Source: Octopus vulgaris
Taxonomy: Eukaryota
Length of the DNA: 64,000 nt
Direction: 5' to 3'
Assembly (NCBI GenBank): GCA_951406725.2
Contig: OX597815.1
Location: 28,768,001 to 28,832,000 of the forward strand
Shown: positions 13,523 through 26,867 of the stretch, piece by piece
Numbering within the stretch: position 1 is the first letter of the stretch
Layout: each line of letters begins with the position of its first letter
Position numbers and translations under genes: made by a program
The notes under the pieces: generated by a model
Told to the model about the DNA's origin: nothing
Databases searched by the model: none
The model's input: only the letters and a program-made list of their open reading frames with translations

Positions 13523-13629
13523 TAGAAATGGCGTTTCTGATAATTTTTCCACTTTAATAATTACATAAACTTATAAACATGTAATTATTAAAGTAGAAAA
13601 ATTATCAGAAATGCCATTTCTATTCATAT
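13516..13629. repeat. near-perfect 114-bp palindrome next to (TA)n
   Basis: ~51-bp arms with 2 mismatches and a 12-nt loop AAACTTATAAAC. Confidence 0.9.
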
Positions 13630-13811
13630 TTTTCAAATATATAATAGTGTACGAAGGATTTTCTATTTCTTATTCTCGTATATATACATACATATATGTA
13701 TATAATATAATTTATTTGCCAACGTAAAGTGACAGTTCTAAGTAGGACTATGTTACTACTTTTTAAGCCCAGGAAAGCTTTTTTCCAGCTGGTTTTCCAC
13801 ACAACACATGA

Positions 13812-13819
13812 TGTGTGTG

Positions 13820-13878
<59 letters not shown>

Positions 13879-14075
13879 TTGTGTGTCGTTGAGCCTGTGT
13901 TTGCTCCTACCACAACATGACAACCGGTGTTGGTGTGTTTGTATCCCCGTAACTTAGCGGTTCGGCAAAAGTGACCGTTTGACTTTAAAAAATAAGTCCT
14001 AAAGTCGATTCATTCGACTAAGATTCCTCAGAGCGGTGCCCCAGCATGACCGCAATCTAATTACTGAAATAAGTA
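13812..14075 (+). mobile_element. family-2 SINE 3' half
   Basis: (TG)n, then GACAACCGGTGTTGGTGTG..TTAGCGGTTCGGCAAAAG..GGTGCCCCAGCATG. Confidence 0.8.
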
Positions 14076-14404
14076 AAAAAAATATCAAAACAAAGATAAA
14101 AACAAAGATACACACATACAAAACTTTTAGTGGAAAACTATATATACTTACATATGTTTATGCATACATAGACGTCTATAGCCACGTACACATTATGATA
14201 AGCAACGACACATACACTGACGTTCCATGCGAGTATACATAAAAATAAATATAATATGCAACACAAATATTAATTAGAAATATTAATTAAAATATTGATT
14301 AAAATAAATATCAATATGCAACGTATTAAAATAAGTATACACTCATATGTCCACCTACATATTATTTTTGGATATACATTAAAAGACATTCCTACATAAT
14401 CCAT

Positions 14405-14612
14405 TCTTCTATAGGCACAAGTCCTGAAATTTGCTGGGGAGCGAAAATCGATCGCATCGTCCTCAGTATTTGGCTGGTACTTAGTTTACCGACCCCGAAA
14501 GGATGAAAGGCAAAGTCGACCTCGGCGGAATTTGAACTCAGAACGTAAAAACAGACGAAATGCTGCTAAGTTTTTGGCCCGACGTGCTAACGATTCTGCC
14601 ACCTCGCCGCCT
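14405..14612 (-). mobile_element. SINE family 1 (alternative tail)
   Basis: Family-1 head and core with the GGCACAAG..GAAATTT tail variant. Confidence 0.8.
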
Positions 14613-15437
14613 TACATTCCTACGTAATAACATATAAAAGACGTACATACATTTTATTCCTATAAAAGTAGGAATGTACATGTATAATGTACAGTAGTGC
14701 ATAGAGACGCAAAATGCAACGACACATTGTGTTTAAACTGCACATATACGTAAATACGCCATAATATTAAGCATTAATTTGTAGATCTTTAGAAATATAC
14801 CTCCTAACATAAATGTATATATATGTATACGTGTGATACGTGAACCAAGATTTTTGAGAGTACATGCAAAAACACTCACGTGTTTATAATAATAAAACAT
14901 GGATATAAATGAGTAAAAAGAAGAGGCAGTAATACAACTAAATACGTAGAGGTAACACTTAAATAGATAAAAGGGAGCATAAAGAAACACAACATAAAAA
15001 GAAATGAATGGAAAGTACAGATGTTTATATAACAGTCAATCTGCAGAGAATGTTTATTCGTAAAAATATTGGTGGAAATTTGGTCAAAAGCAAGAGGTTA
15101 GTATATAAATATCGTGAGCGTAATAAGTGTTAGGATACAATAAAGGATAGTATGCGTTGGCTTATAACGTAAATCAGACATTAATAAAGTATTAATGGCT
15201 GAGGATGGTACACGAGCAGGCACATAAAAACAAAATATTTATTCATAAAATACATGGAAGTATAAAAAAGTTGCGCTTTGGTGTATGGGAGAATAATACA
15301 GCGGGCAGACATGTATGCATACTGGGTTAGGGCTGGTGATGGATAGGGAAAATTGTGTGTGTACCAAATTACGGAGACAAAATGGTAACAGACGATAGGG
15401 AAAAGATAAAAGAAGTTACGTACGTACATACATACAT

Positions 15438-15966
15438 CAGTGAAAAAGAGAACACCTATGCTGAACTATTGAGAAATCTGCAGTTACTCTATCCAGATTA
15501 CAAGTTCAGGTTTATACCTGTAATTGTTGTGGTCTTGGGATATGTAACATACTGCCTAAATACCAATCTTGAGAAAGTAGGCTTCTCAACACCAGAAAGG
15601 AGAAAGCTAATTCGAAGACTACAGATCCAATCCATCACTGAAACTGTAAAAATCTGTAAAACTTTCCAGAAGTTTATCATCTAAATATATATGAGCATGT
15701 CTAGATATGTAACTATATGCATGAAAATGCATACATAAAACGTACATACATACAGAAACACATACATACGTACGTACGTATACACATACATAGGTACGTA
15801 ATACATACATACATACATACATACATACATACATACATACATACATACATACAACAAAGCACTGTCGATGTTTTTGAAATTCCAATGAAGGAGCCTTGGA
15901 TCTAGGTTAGAAACCGGCTCCTTCTCTATTAGCAAGAAATCTTGAAATAAACTGGATAATGACATA
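15438..15966 (+). mobile_element. 5'-truncated RLE-type non-LTR retrotransposon (R4/Dong-like) associated with (TACA)n
   Basis: KENTYAELLRNL..FIPVIVVVLGYV..L..NLEKVG..IRRLQ..VKICKTF* resembles the R4/Dong C-terminus (K..KY..L..IP++.GALG..Q..KI). 3' UTR hairpin GAAGGAGCC..GGCTCCTTC. Begins right after TACATACATACAT. Confidence 0.7.
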
Positions 15967-16711
15967 ATAACAACATTAGCCAATACACGGTGATTGCTTA
16001 TAAGCTTTATGCTTATAAAATATTATTATTACTTACAGAACTGTAAATTCCGCACTTCTTTTCAAAAATATCACAGAAAAAATACAGAACTTGTTTATAC
16101 ACACACACATGTATGTATGTATGTATGTATGTATGTATGTATGTATGTATGTATGTATGTATGTATGTATGTATGTATGTATGTATGTTTGTATGTATGT
16201 ATGTATGTATGTATGTATGTGTGTATGTATGTACGATCGTTTTAGCGTGAGACTCGTGACAGGACAAGAATTTAAGTCAAAATATCATATTTTTTGCCGT
16301 ATATTGCGTACACGTTTACTCTCCCGTTAATAAACCTGAGATAGCACGTGCGCGTTCATGCGTATATGCATGTAAATATGAATAAATACATGTATATTTT
16401 TGTATATCTGTACACACACACACATACATATCTTTTGTTGTCTGTAGAGTCCGAGAAAGATGGTGCTGCAATTTTTTGATGAACAATCTGCACAGATGAG
16501 TTGTTTATAGTGATGAAAATGTCCGCGTTGTGCATTAACTTGGCTCCGCAATCAAATTAGTTGCCGCAGTGAGCGCAAAGCAACGTGCGATGAAGTGGTT
16601 TGCTCAAGAACACAACGCACCATTCGGTTCCCAAATCGAACTCACTGTCTCATGATCATGTGTGCAACACCCTAACCACTAGGCCACGCCTCCTCTCATC
16701 TGTACACATAA

Positions 16712-16801
<90 letters not shown>

Positions 16802-17185
16802 GGGTATCTGAGAGATACCACCAGGCTGAAATAGCAGTCAAATCCCTGACCCTAAAGCCACATTAAATGTTCATATAGCGCTAGGAGAGAGACCTGTTAG
16901 GCGGGCAATTTAAGCTGGTTTTGTACATACGTGCATATACATGTATGTATGAGCGTTCGTATATGTAAGTATAACGTATGTTCTGTATTTATTACGTTCG
17001 CTAATTTCCTGTAAATATCGGTACTTCGTTGTGCCATATATTTACTTCTATGTATAATTTTCCCTCTCGTATTGCATTACTATTTTTATTGAAACTTCTT
17101 CACTGTTCTCGTTCTGTCAGCGTTTTGGCGTTTCAGTCGAGTGTATTGGCATTAATGTGGCAACATCTGAAATGTTGTCGGGTAT

Positions 17186-17258
17186 ATGTTGGCTGATGAA
17201 GATAAATCAAGTATATGTGTGCAGACATATCTTGAAAAATCTGAAGCCGGTCCCACAT
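17186..17258 (+). ncRNA. type-I hammerhead with long stem II
   Basis: ATGtTGG-CTGATGA-[AGAT..TCAAG..ATATGT/ACATAT..CTTGA..ATCT]-GAAG-CCGG-TC-CCACAT. A15.1 is replaced by G. Confidence 0.7.
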
Positions 17259-17394
17259 TATCCCTTTCTAGGTATTTCATCTTTCAGATGTTCTCCCTGG
17301 AGGTAAGACAATTTTTTTCAAGTTTGTTGCACACAGGCATTTTTGCTAGTACATACGCGGTGAAGCTATACATTAGCGTCGTATTTATGTGCTA

Positions 17395-17469
17395 TCTGGT
17401 ATATTCAACAGACGAAGGCAGAGCTTCTCTTATGCAAAGTCAGAAATCCAGGATCTTGAATTATCCAGA
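17395..17469 (+). ncRNA. second hammerhead-like motif (U4A)
   Basis: TCTGGtatATTCAA-CAGACGA-..-GAAA-TCCaGGA-TC-TTGAATtatCCAGA. Long stem I, near-palindromic stem III, weak stem II. Confidence 0.55.
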
Positions 17470-17695
17470 AAAATCTTTTTTGATAGTTATATTTTGTCTC
17501 TCTGTCTACTCTCCGAGCGCTATATGAACATTTAATGTGGCTTTAGGGTCAGGGTTTTGGCTGCTATTTCAGCATGGTGGTATCTCCCAGATACCCTAAT
17601 TTATAGTTTTAAATAATTATTACCTTTGTATGGTATTTATTCCGATGTTGACCACTTGATAAGATCGATATTTAAATATCGATATTATCCTTATT

Positions 17696-17764
<69 letters not shown>

Positions 17765-17808
17765 ATTTATGCATCTAAGCGTTTATATATGTGCATATAC
17801 GTATATAT

Positions 17809-18038
17809 ATTTCTTTACTACCCACAAGGGGCTAAACACATAGAGGACTAACAAGGACAGACAAACAGATTAAGTTGATTACATCGACCCCAGTGCGTAA
17901 CTGGTACTTAATTTATCGACCCCGGAAGGATGAAAGGCAAAGTCGACCTCGGCGGAATTTGAACTCGGAACGTAACGGCAGACGAAATACGGCAACGCAT
18001 TTCGCCCGGCGTGCTAACGTTTCTACCAGCTCGCTGCC
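17809..18038 (-). mobile_element. SINE family 1, full length
   Basis: Consensus match. TSD ATACGTATATAT. Confidence 0.9.
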
Positions 18039-18304
18039 TGATACGTATATATGCATATGCATATACGTATATATGCATGTATGTATGTATGTATGTATGT
18101 GTGTATGTATGTAAATTAATGTTTGTTTTTTTATGCCGGATCATAATTTTTTTTTTAAATTACATTACACTGAAGGATTACTCAATACTTTTTCGCAGGC
18201 TGAAACATCGAAATCACTGTTACCATATATTATAAAAAGTATAATGCGCGAGCGCATATGGGTTGGTGTGGGTGGTGGTGGCGACTATGTGTGTGTGCAG
18301 CTGC

Positions 18305-18375
<71 letters not shown>

Positions 18376-18377
<2 letters not shown>

Positions 18378-18667
18378 TTTTATAAGCTTAAAGCATATAA
18401 ACGATCACTGTGTATTGACTAAAGAAAGTAATCTAATACTGGGGCATATAATCCCTCGACAGAGAAAAGTGGTTACTCCGTACGCGTAGGACTCGCACGT
18501 ACACCTCTACGTTTTCCTGATCAGTGTGCTACCATCTACAACTTTAGCCAATACAGGCCTGGTTGCTTATAAGCTTTATGCTTATAAAATATTATTATCA
18601 TTATTATTTAAAGAACTGTAAATTCCGCACCTCTTTTCAAAAACATCACAGAAAAAGTACATAACTT

Positions 18668-18672
<5 letters not shown>
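18376..18672. mobile_element. small inverted-repeat element with a tRNA-like spacer
   Basis: ~49-bp inverted arms (18376-18424, 18542-18591) plus a tail. The right arm and tail recur at 15975-16097. Flanked by (AGT)n and (TA)n. Confidence 0.65.
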
Positions 18673-18724
<52 letters not shown>

Positions 18725-18729
<5 letters not shown>

Positions 18730-18923
18730 CGTTATTGCCCACAAGGGGCTAAACATAGAGGGGACAAACAAGGGCAGACAAAGGGATTAAGTCGATTACA
18801 TCGACCCCAGTGCGGAACTAGTACTTTATTTGTCGACCTCGAAAGTACGAAAGGCAAAGTCGATCTCGGCGGAATTTGAACTCAGAACGTTACGGCAGAC
18901 GAAATACCGCTAAGCATTTCGCC

Positions 18924-18928
<5 letters not shown>
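18725..18928 (-). mobile_element. SINE family 1 inside (TA)n
   Basis: Consensus match, slightly 5'-truncated. Confidence 0.85.
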
Positions 18929-18966
<38 letters not shown>

Positions 18967-18975
18967 CATACGTAC

Positions 18976-19012
<37 letters not shown>

Positions 19013-19014
<2 letters not shown>

Positions 19015-19550
19015 CAAAGGATACTAAGTAGTACCAGTATTGCTAGAAATAAGAGTCAAAACAACTTAATACCCAATGACTGACAAGGGAGCGAATGTGT
19101 CCAGATCACCGGTGATTTCCAATGTCGAATGTTGATACTAGAGCATCTCAACTCTAGTCGGTGGCTACGGTTGAACTGAACTCACCTCGTCAATTCATAA
19201 AATATCCGTTTTTGAAACCAGCGTATGGGTTCAACGGTTTTCTTATAAACTGGCATGAGTTGAGTTCAACCCTACGGGCGGTAAGAGTCACCGATAAGAA
19301 TTAAGATGCTCTAGCAACAAAATTCGAATTCACCGGTGATCTGAATACATCCGCTGTTGTGGGGAGCTTAGCTCTCTTATCAGCCATTAAAATAGTGGTA
19401 TCGGTCGGTATTGAGTTGTTTTGACTCTTATTTCTTGCGATGCTTATATTACTTAGTACCCTCTGTCACTTTAATGACGTCTATAATTTTGCCTTTAGGT
19501 TGTTAAATTGCTAATAAGTCACCTATATTATTTGTAGTATACTATATAGA
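19013..19550 (+). repeat. 455-bp imperfect foldback plus tail
   Basis: Nested complementary blocks, e.g. GAAATAAGAGTCAAAACAACT/AGTTGTTTTGACTCTTATTTC, CAGATCACCGGTGA/TCACCGGTGATCTG and GGTTGAACT/AGTTCAACC. Confidence 0.85.
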
Positions 19551-19570
19551 TAGATAGCTAGCTAGCTAGC

Positions 19571-19658
<88 letters not shown>

Positions 19659-19732
19659 TAGATAGATAGATACATACATACATACATACATACATACATA
19701 CATACATACATACATACATACATACATAGGTA

Positions 19733-20212
19733 CCGTAAATCCTCGAGTATAATCCGCATTTTATTCTCAAAATTTAAAGGTCAAAATCCCTAGTGCGTAC
19801 TATATACGAGGTTAAAAATGAAAATTATTTTCTAAGCAATGTCCGAGTCTCTATTTGTTGTCTGGCAATGTTTATTCAGACGCATTTCGTGATGTCGGGC
19901 GCGAAAATACCTTAAATCATCCATAACTTGCAGTAAGCAACATTTATTAAATGTTATTACTGTTATTTCTTTATTTTCTGCAAACAAAATGCACAAAAAA
20001 GCTACATGTTTGCATTATGTTATATGTACAATAATAATAAAGGATGTTACCGTATTCATTTTTACATACCAAGGACGTTATATAGACCTCCTTGACTCAA
20101 GTTAGAGAAGGGGTTCGTATTATACATAAGGTTTAGGTTTTTCAGAGGTACAGCCCCCTAAAAATCCCCCGCGTATTATACTCAAGGGCGGACTATACTC
20201 GAGGATTTACGG
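19733..20212. mobile_element. Tc1/mariner-superfamily (Tc2/pogo-like) MITE
   Basis: TIR CCGTAAATCCTCGAGTATA with TA TSD on both sides. Inverted copy at 62977. Confidence 0.92.
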
Positions 20213-20256
20213 TAGATAGGTAGGTAGATAGATAGATAGATACATACATACATACA

Positions 20257-20290
<34 letters not shown>

Positions 20291-20659
20291 CATACATACA
20301 CATACATACATACATACATACATACATACATACATACATACATACATACATACATACACACACATACACACACACATACATATATACACACACATACATA
20401 CATGCATACATACATACATACACTCACATTCATACACACACACACATACATACATACATACACACACACATACATACATACATACACACATACATACATA
20501 CACACATACATACATACACACATACATACACACATACATGCATACATGCACACATACATACATACATACATACATACATACATGCATGCATATATGTATA
20601 CTATTTAGTTTTACTGTACTACATAATAATGGCTACATTGATTCAATGCAAATTTCTTT

Positions 20660-20696
<37 letters not shown>

Positions 20697-20811
20697 ACAC
20701 ACACACACACACTTACATACGTTTACACACACGCACTTATGAGTGGTGTATGTGTATCAATCTACACACTCATACACTAATACACTCCAACACATACACA
20801 TATTTGTGTGC

Positions 20812-20866
<55 letters not shown>

Positions 20867-21266
20867 TGTGCGTGCATGCGTGCTTAAATATAAAAGTGTA
20901 AATTGTCTTTATTATTTTATTTTATCGACAAGATGTTAAAATGTAAGCAGTGTAAATAAATGTTCGGGGTGTGTTAAATATGGAAAAGAAGACAAATGTT
21001 ATTGCGAGGGAAAATAACAGTTAATCATTTAAATGTGAGAATTTCTCAGACACCCGTGAAGAAAATATTGACATTAAGCGAAAGAAAACATCATAAACCT
21101 ATAAATTCATCGCTAAAGATACAGCGAAGGCTTCTCCCTTCTCCCTTCTCCTCTCCACCCCCCCCCCACCACCACCACCGCCAGTTCTTTTCATTCCATT
21201 CGTTCTTTCTCTCTTTCTTTTCTACTATGTATTTTCCTTGCTTGTGCTTCCTTCCTTCCTTCCTTC

Positions 21267-21316
<50 letters not shown>

Positions 21317-21493
21317 GTCTGTCTGTCTGTCTTTGACCTGTCGTCATGTTTCCTCTCTCCCTTTATTTCCCTAACTAGCAGCTTTGTAAACAATGCTCTC
21401 TGAAAACTGATAGGGGTTGCAAGACACTGTTGTTCATGAGAGCAATACGACTGTCTGCATCGTTATTTACTGTACATACCTATCTATATGCAT

Positions 21494-21578
<85 letters not shown>

Positions 21579-22099
21579 AACTTGTATGTATGTAATACGT
21601 TTAACAACAGCAGCATGGTCCCGTAGCTGGAAGCGGTAATTTAATATGGATCTTGAAATTTTAGCGGGGATAGAAAGATCTTCTTCGTAGTCGCTCGACC
21701 TGCTGAGAACAGCAACTAAATATCCCTTATAACGCATCCCAACGTCTTTAAACTAAAAGTCGAGTTTGATCAAAACAAAAAAAATAATAATAATAAAATT
21801 GTCGTGCGTGAAACGCCTTTGACCCTCGGTTTGCTTCATCAAATCTGACCCAGATGTGGGCAACAACAACAACAACAATAGCGTGGGCATGGAGGGCTTC
21901 TAGAGCAATATATTTCTAAAGAGGAGTGATTTGGGTTTGCGGTGAGAGCCGAGTTAGGAGTGTCACACTGTTGACGTGCCGCAAGAAAATAAGAAATTAT
22001 TTCAGGTAGGTATAGGTGCAATTGCTATGCAACTAACTAGTGCAGGGAAGCATAATGGCAGCATATTAGGCAGATGAAGGAGGAAATTCCACAATGGAC

Positions 22100-23480
22100 C
22101 CAAAGTTGTAGTGTGTTAGTCAGTGACTATTCGCAAATAGGACATTTAACTTTCTTTTTATGTGATCTTTGATGTTTGTATATGTAACAGTTGTAACATC
22201 CTGATCGTCACTTTGGATCATATTTGAACTTCATACAGTATCAAAAACTGAACAAAAGTGTTGTATTTCTTTTTTATCTTGGACAGGAAAAGTAACCTTC
22301 ATGGTACAGATTTAGACATATTATTATGTTTAAGAATACCAGGAAACAGAGTTTTGGGTGCGTTTTGTCGCAGAATAATAAGAGTTAGATTTCTTTAATA
22401 TGAACAGTAATTATATCTTTTTGATTTTGAAACAATGTAGGCAGAAAACATTGAACAAATGCAATCCTGCGTTTATTACGTCTTAGAAATTATGCAAGAT
22501 TTGACTTGCGAATAAATCACAACAATATCAGCTATAATAATTCAACTCAAACATTTGGTAAACAAGACAGAAAAATTACAGACAATAAATTTCTAGTTTC
22601 TAGCATATACATGAATTTTCGTATTTTTAAATAAACCAGCTAAGATAAATAAAATAGCGACAGGATAGGAAGAGATTTCAGTAATTTATCATTATCACTA
22701 ACAGCCTCCTCCTTATCATGCCCTGTAATCGAGAAGATTGCACCAGATGACCAAACAATACTCCTTCACACTTCAGCATTTTATAGATTGTATCACCTTC
22801 ATCACGCTGTCCAATGACAGAAATGGTCATTGCTCAACCGGTATATATTTATTTCTTTATTGGCATCATGGTCAAAGTTTAGTTAGTACGTATTCGACTT
22901 GACAGTCTAACCTTCCTTAAACAACGTTGAGTTGATTAACGACCTCGGTTATATAAACCCTCTTCTCTGAACATCGTAATTGATGTTTAACTATTAAATG
23001 CAATTTCTCTACTACAATCCGATACTAAACATTTCGGTGTCTTCAATTTTACGCTGACTGAAAGGCTGAAAGTGAGTTATGACTTTCTCCAGGCGAACAT
23101 CTGGATTTGTACCGGAACGAAGATCACTTCTATTGAAATCTAGAATACCCTGTAATTTTGTCATTTCTTTGGCTAGAAAAATTATTACAAAGTGGCGACA
23201 AAATCATTGAAAAACTACGAACAATTAACTATAAAGTGTAGGTCATATTATTTTATTTCCAAGTACATCAACAACAGTGAAGGAAAGCCTTAAGATGAAA
23301 AATGGGTGGAAGCAGAAAGAGAAAAAGAAAATAAGAAAATCATAAATATTAAACAGGAAATTGTGAAAAAGTAAAACAGCATCAGAAGGTTTTTAGGACA
23401 ATTGCCCATGGAGAAATTACTCCCTTGACAATTGCCTCTAAAACACAACCGGCCCCGGATAATTGCTCCCTTGAAATATT
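22100..23480 (-). mobile_element. possible very decayed MULE-like DNA transposon
   Basis: Subterminal-type repeats GGACAATTGCCC / GACAATTGCC / GATAATTGCTCC at 23395-23470. Only faint transposase-like peptides. Confidence 0.25.
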
Positions 23481-24175
23481 TAGATTGGATATGTGATGTG
23501 AGTTGTAACTGTGGTGTAGGTTGAAGTTGGGGCGTTAGATATAAATTGTAGCGCGTGCTTATTTTGTTTAACGGTACGCAAGCAGAGCCGAATGGTTGAG
23601 AGATTCGCTTCGCAATCATAAGGTTTTAAATTCGATTTCACTACTTGGCATCTTAGACAACTGTCTTTTTCTACAGTCTCAGGTCTCACCCCTCGCCTTG
23701 TAAGTAAAACTGGAAGGAAGGAATCTGTGCGGAAACTCAACGATTAGACTGACCTTGTAATTCCTTGCTACATACCGCCACGCTAACATTCCCTGACAAT
23801 TACGTCAAGGGTACACGCAACTGTGGAACACCGAGCCAATTACAAGTTAATTCAATGAGTAGGTCTTTCCGTTAATCAAACAGTTGGATCGCTCATCGTG
23901 GAAACGGACGGAAATCCATTTCAATAAGACTCTGAATATAAGATTGAAAGTTATTCACGAAAACAAGCACATGTGTAAAAGTATTCATCAACTCTCATGC
24001 ATGCATGGCAGAACACACACACACATATATATATACATATAGGTATGTATATGTGTATATATATATACCTGTATATATATATATATGTGTGTGTGTGCAT
24101 GTATATATACCATGTGTATATGCGTGTGTTTGTATACGTATGTGTTTCTACATATGCATGTATGTATGTAGCATG

Positions 24176-24212
<37 letters not shown>

Positions 24213-24223
24213 ATCTATATGTA

Positions 24224-24276
<53 letters not shown>

Positions 24277-25728
24277 AAATGACTACTTTCAGTCGTATAA
24301 AATCCATGAATACTTATATACAGTCATACATATACATAAATACATATAACATACATATATACAGAAATAGATAAATATACATGCTTAGGTCCATTCACAT
24401 ATACATACATGTTCAAGCCATTAATTGCGATAAATATACTTCTAATGACGTTCTATAGAAAGTTTCGATGTAATTGTCTCAGTTCAGACATTTTCTTTCG
24501 CTGCCATCTCAATTCAATATATAACTAACGGAAGATCGATTTACCAAATAAATATTTACAATTTTCATAATTTTCCACCGACAACATTGAAAGAAATTCA
24601 GAATATTAATTAAAGTTATACATCGTTGGAGAAAGCTAAAAAAAAATATATAATGAAAAATATAGAAACCCTTTTGAAATATATCCAATATTTTTTCCTT
24701 AAAAACAAAACAGCAGGTAGGGAGTCTGAAATGAAATTTTTGAAACCGAAACGAAATTTAATGAAATATTAAATTTTTCTTCAATTCGATTACAAATTTG
24801 GATTATATTTTATTTACCCATTTATGTATTTATTTACTTTGATTCCATTTCCAGAAAGTATTCCGGTTATATTAATTTAAAATTTCGAGCAAAAAAAAAT
24901 ATATACTAAATTTCGAAGAAAAGCTAATGAAATAAAAGCTGTTAAAATAGCTGATTCGAAACTTCATTTCCCGAGACATCTTGCTCAGAATAGATTGTAT
25001 TCAAGCATTTAACAATATGAGCCGGGTCAACGAAAGAAACCTCTATGGAGTCCCTCTTCGCACGAGAAATAGAAGACAAACATCTCTTAAATAACTTCTT
25101 AATGTCTTTTCAGAAATGAAGGATATGCCGTGTAAAAGAAAAACACGGTATGTTGACAGCTGAAGCAACTTTGATAACAATATAAGAGAGGTCTAAAACT
25201 TTAATCTTCTCTGTTATCTACATGAGTGTTTCATTTTCATTACTCAGTAATTACTCAGTAATTTTCATTTTCATTACTCAGTAATTACAACTAACAAGAA
25301 TAAAAGCTAATGAGTTATTGCTTACAGTAATCACAACATTAACGGCATTTGAATTTTTTTTTTTTAAATTCATTTTTTAATACAAATTTTTAAAATAAGG
25401 AATCAACAAAAATAAGTAAATAAGTGATATTTGTCTTGAGAAAGTATCTCTTATAGACATTTAGGGATCTTTTCAATCTCAGTCACAGATTTTTTAATTA
25501 ATTTTTTTTAACTAAACAGTTTGAAACTTCGGATATTGGTTGAATGTCTCACGTAGAACGCGGTTTACTCTTTACGTTTTTGAGAAAATTTTTATTTTAG
25601 AAGTTATTTCGTGTTAAAGTTGTCGTCTTTGGGTAATTTTAACCAATCAATGACGTGTATTCAGCTGAAGAAAGTTACTGCTGTTTGTGAAAGTAATGGA
25701 AGAGCAACAACTTCAGGGTCATCGGGTC

Positions 25729-25793
<65 letters not shown>

Positions 25794-25924
25794 GTGGAAG
25801 AAAAGTATAAAAGATAAGAAAGGTGGGAAAGATAAGAATTACTGGAATAAGCAGATATACTTCAAAAGAGTACAACTTGTATTTTTCCCCTACCTACATA
25901 ATACCAAGTCTTATTCAGTGAGTT

Positions 25925-26268
25925 CACTTCAGGAAAAAGACCAACACAAAGTAACACGGAAAGCCACCGGAATTGAGCCTAAATATTTTGAAACACAGGC
26001 CCGAGACCGTACCAAGTGGCGGTGTTCCATGACCATCGGAACCAAAAACTTCGAAGCCACCAGAAGAGAAAAGAAAGAAATCAAACGACAAGAGAGAAAG
26101 GTTCGACAAAATCAATTTCGTCCTCCACAAATATTACCATGCAGTTAATGCCATCGACTCTTCTATGCAAGAATTGGTCTACAGTGTCATTAACGGCATC
26201 ACTATAACGGAAGCGTTCAGCAAAGAAAAAAATAAATACTCGGATACGAGATAAAACCGCCACCGACG
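25925..26268 (+). mobile_element. RTE (BovB-like) LINE 3' fragment
   Basis: KD..K..RKATGIEPKYFETQARDRTKWR..GTKNFEATR..KRQERK, then the decayed zinc finger C.*CHRLFYARIGLQCH*RH typical of the RTE C-terminus. Confidence 0.85.
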
Positions 26269-26559
26269 GTGACATAGCATACTTACAAACACACACATAC
26301 ACGCGCGCACAAACACACACGCACACACACACACATACATATATATGAAACAACTACAGTTAGATTCTCATAATTATTTCCTCTTTCACATACACTAGTT
26401 TTGTCTGATTCAAGTCTTTAAGAAGGTAAAAAGACTAAAGGCACATGTATGTACATATAAAGACACTTGTGTATACACTCACTAGTGCACATAAAGGTAC
26501 ACACCAGCACATACAAGCCCTCTTACGTATACATATGTGTATGTATGTATGTATGTATG

Positions 26560-26626
<67 letters not shown>

Positions 26627-26629
<3 letters not shown>

Positions 26630-26826
26630 ACGAAAAAAACAAAAGACGAAGACAGGTGGTGCACAAAACAAACAGATGTATTAGTATAACGCTCAGGAAT
26701 AGAAAAAGTCTTTTACGTTTCGAGCCTACGCTCTTCTACAGAAAGGGACACAGAAAAAACAAGGAGAGAAACGAGGAGAGAAAAAAATGTGTGTACTGGC
26801 TAACGATCTATCATGGCGACTAGTGC

Positions 26827-26828
<2 letters not shown>
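26627..26828 (-). mobile_element. microsatellite-embedded element with an A6U hammerhead-like motif (26710-26745)
   Basis: Reverse complement: CTTT-CTGTAGA-a-GAGC gtag GCTC-GAAA-CG-TA-AAAG. Homologous to both arms of 48753-49308. Confidence 0.7.

Positions 26829-26867
<39 letters not shown>

Larger units (their letters stand above)
16793..17696 (+). mobile_element. foldback element in (TA)n carrying two tandem hammerhead-like motifs
   Basis: ~95-bp inverted arms (16793-16889, 17509-17605) plus a ~90-bp right tail. TA repeats on both sides. Deleted relative at 46205-46380. Confidence 0.8.
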
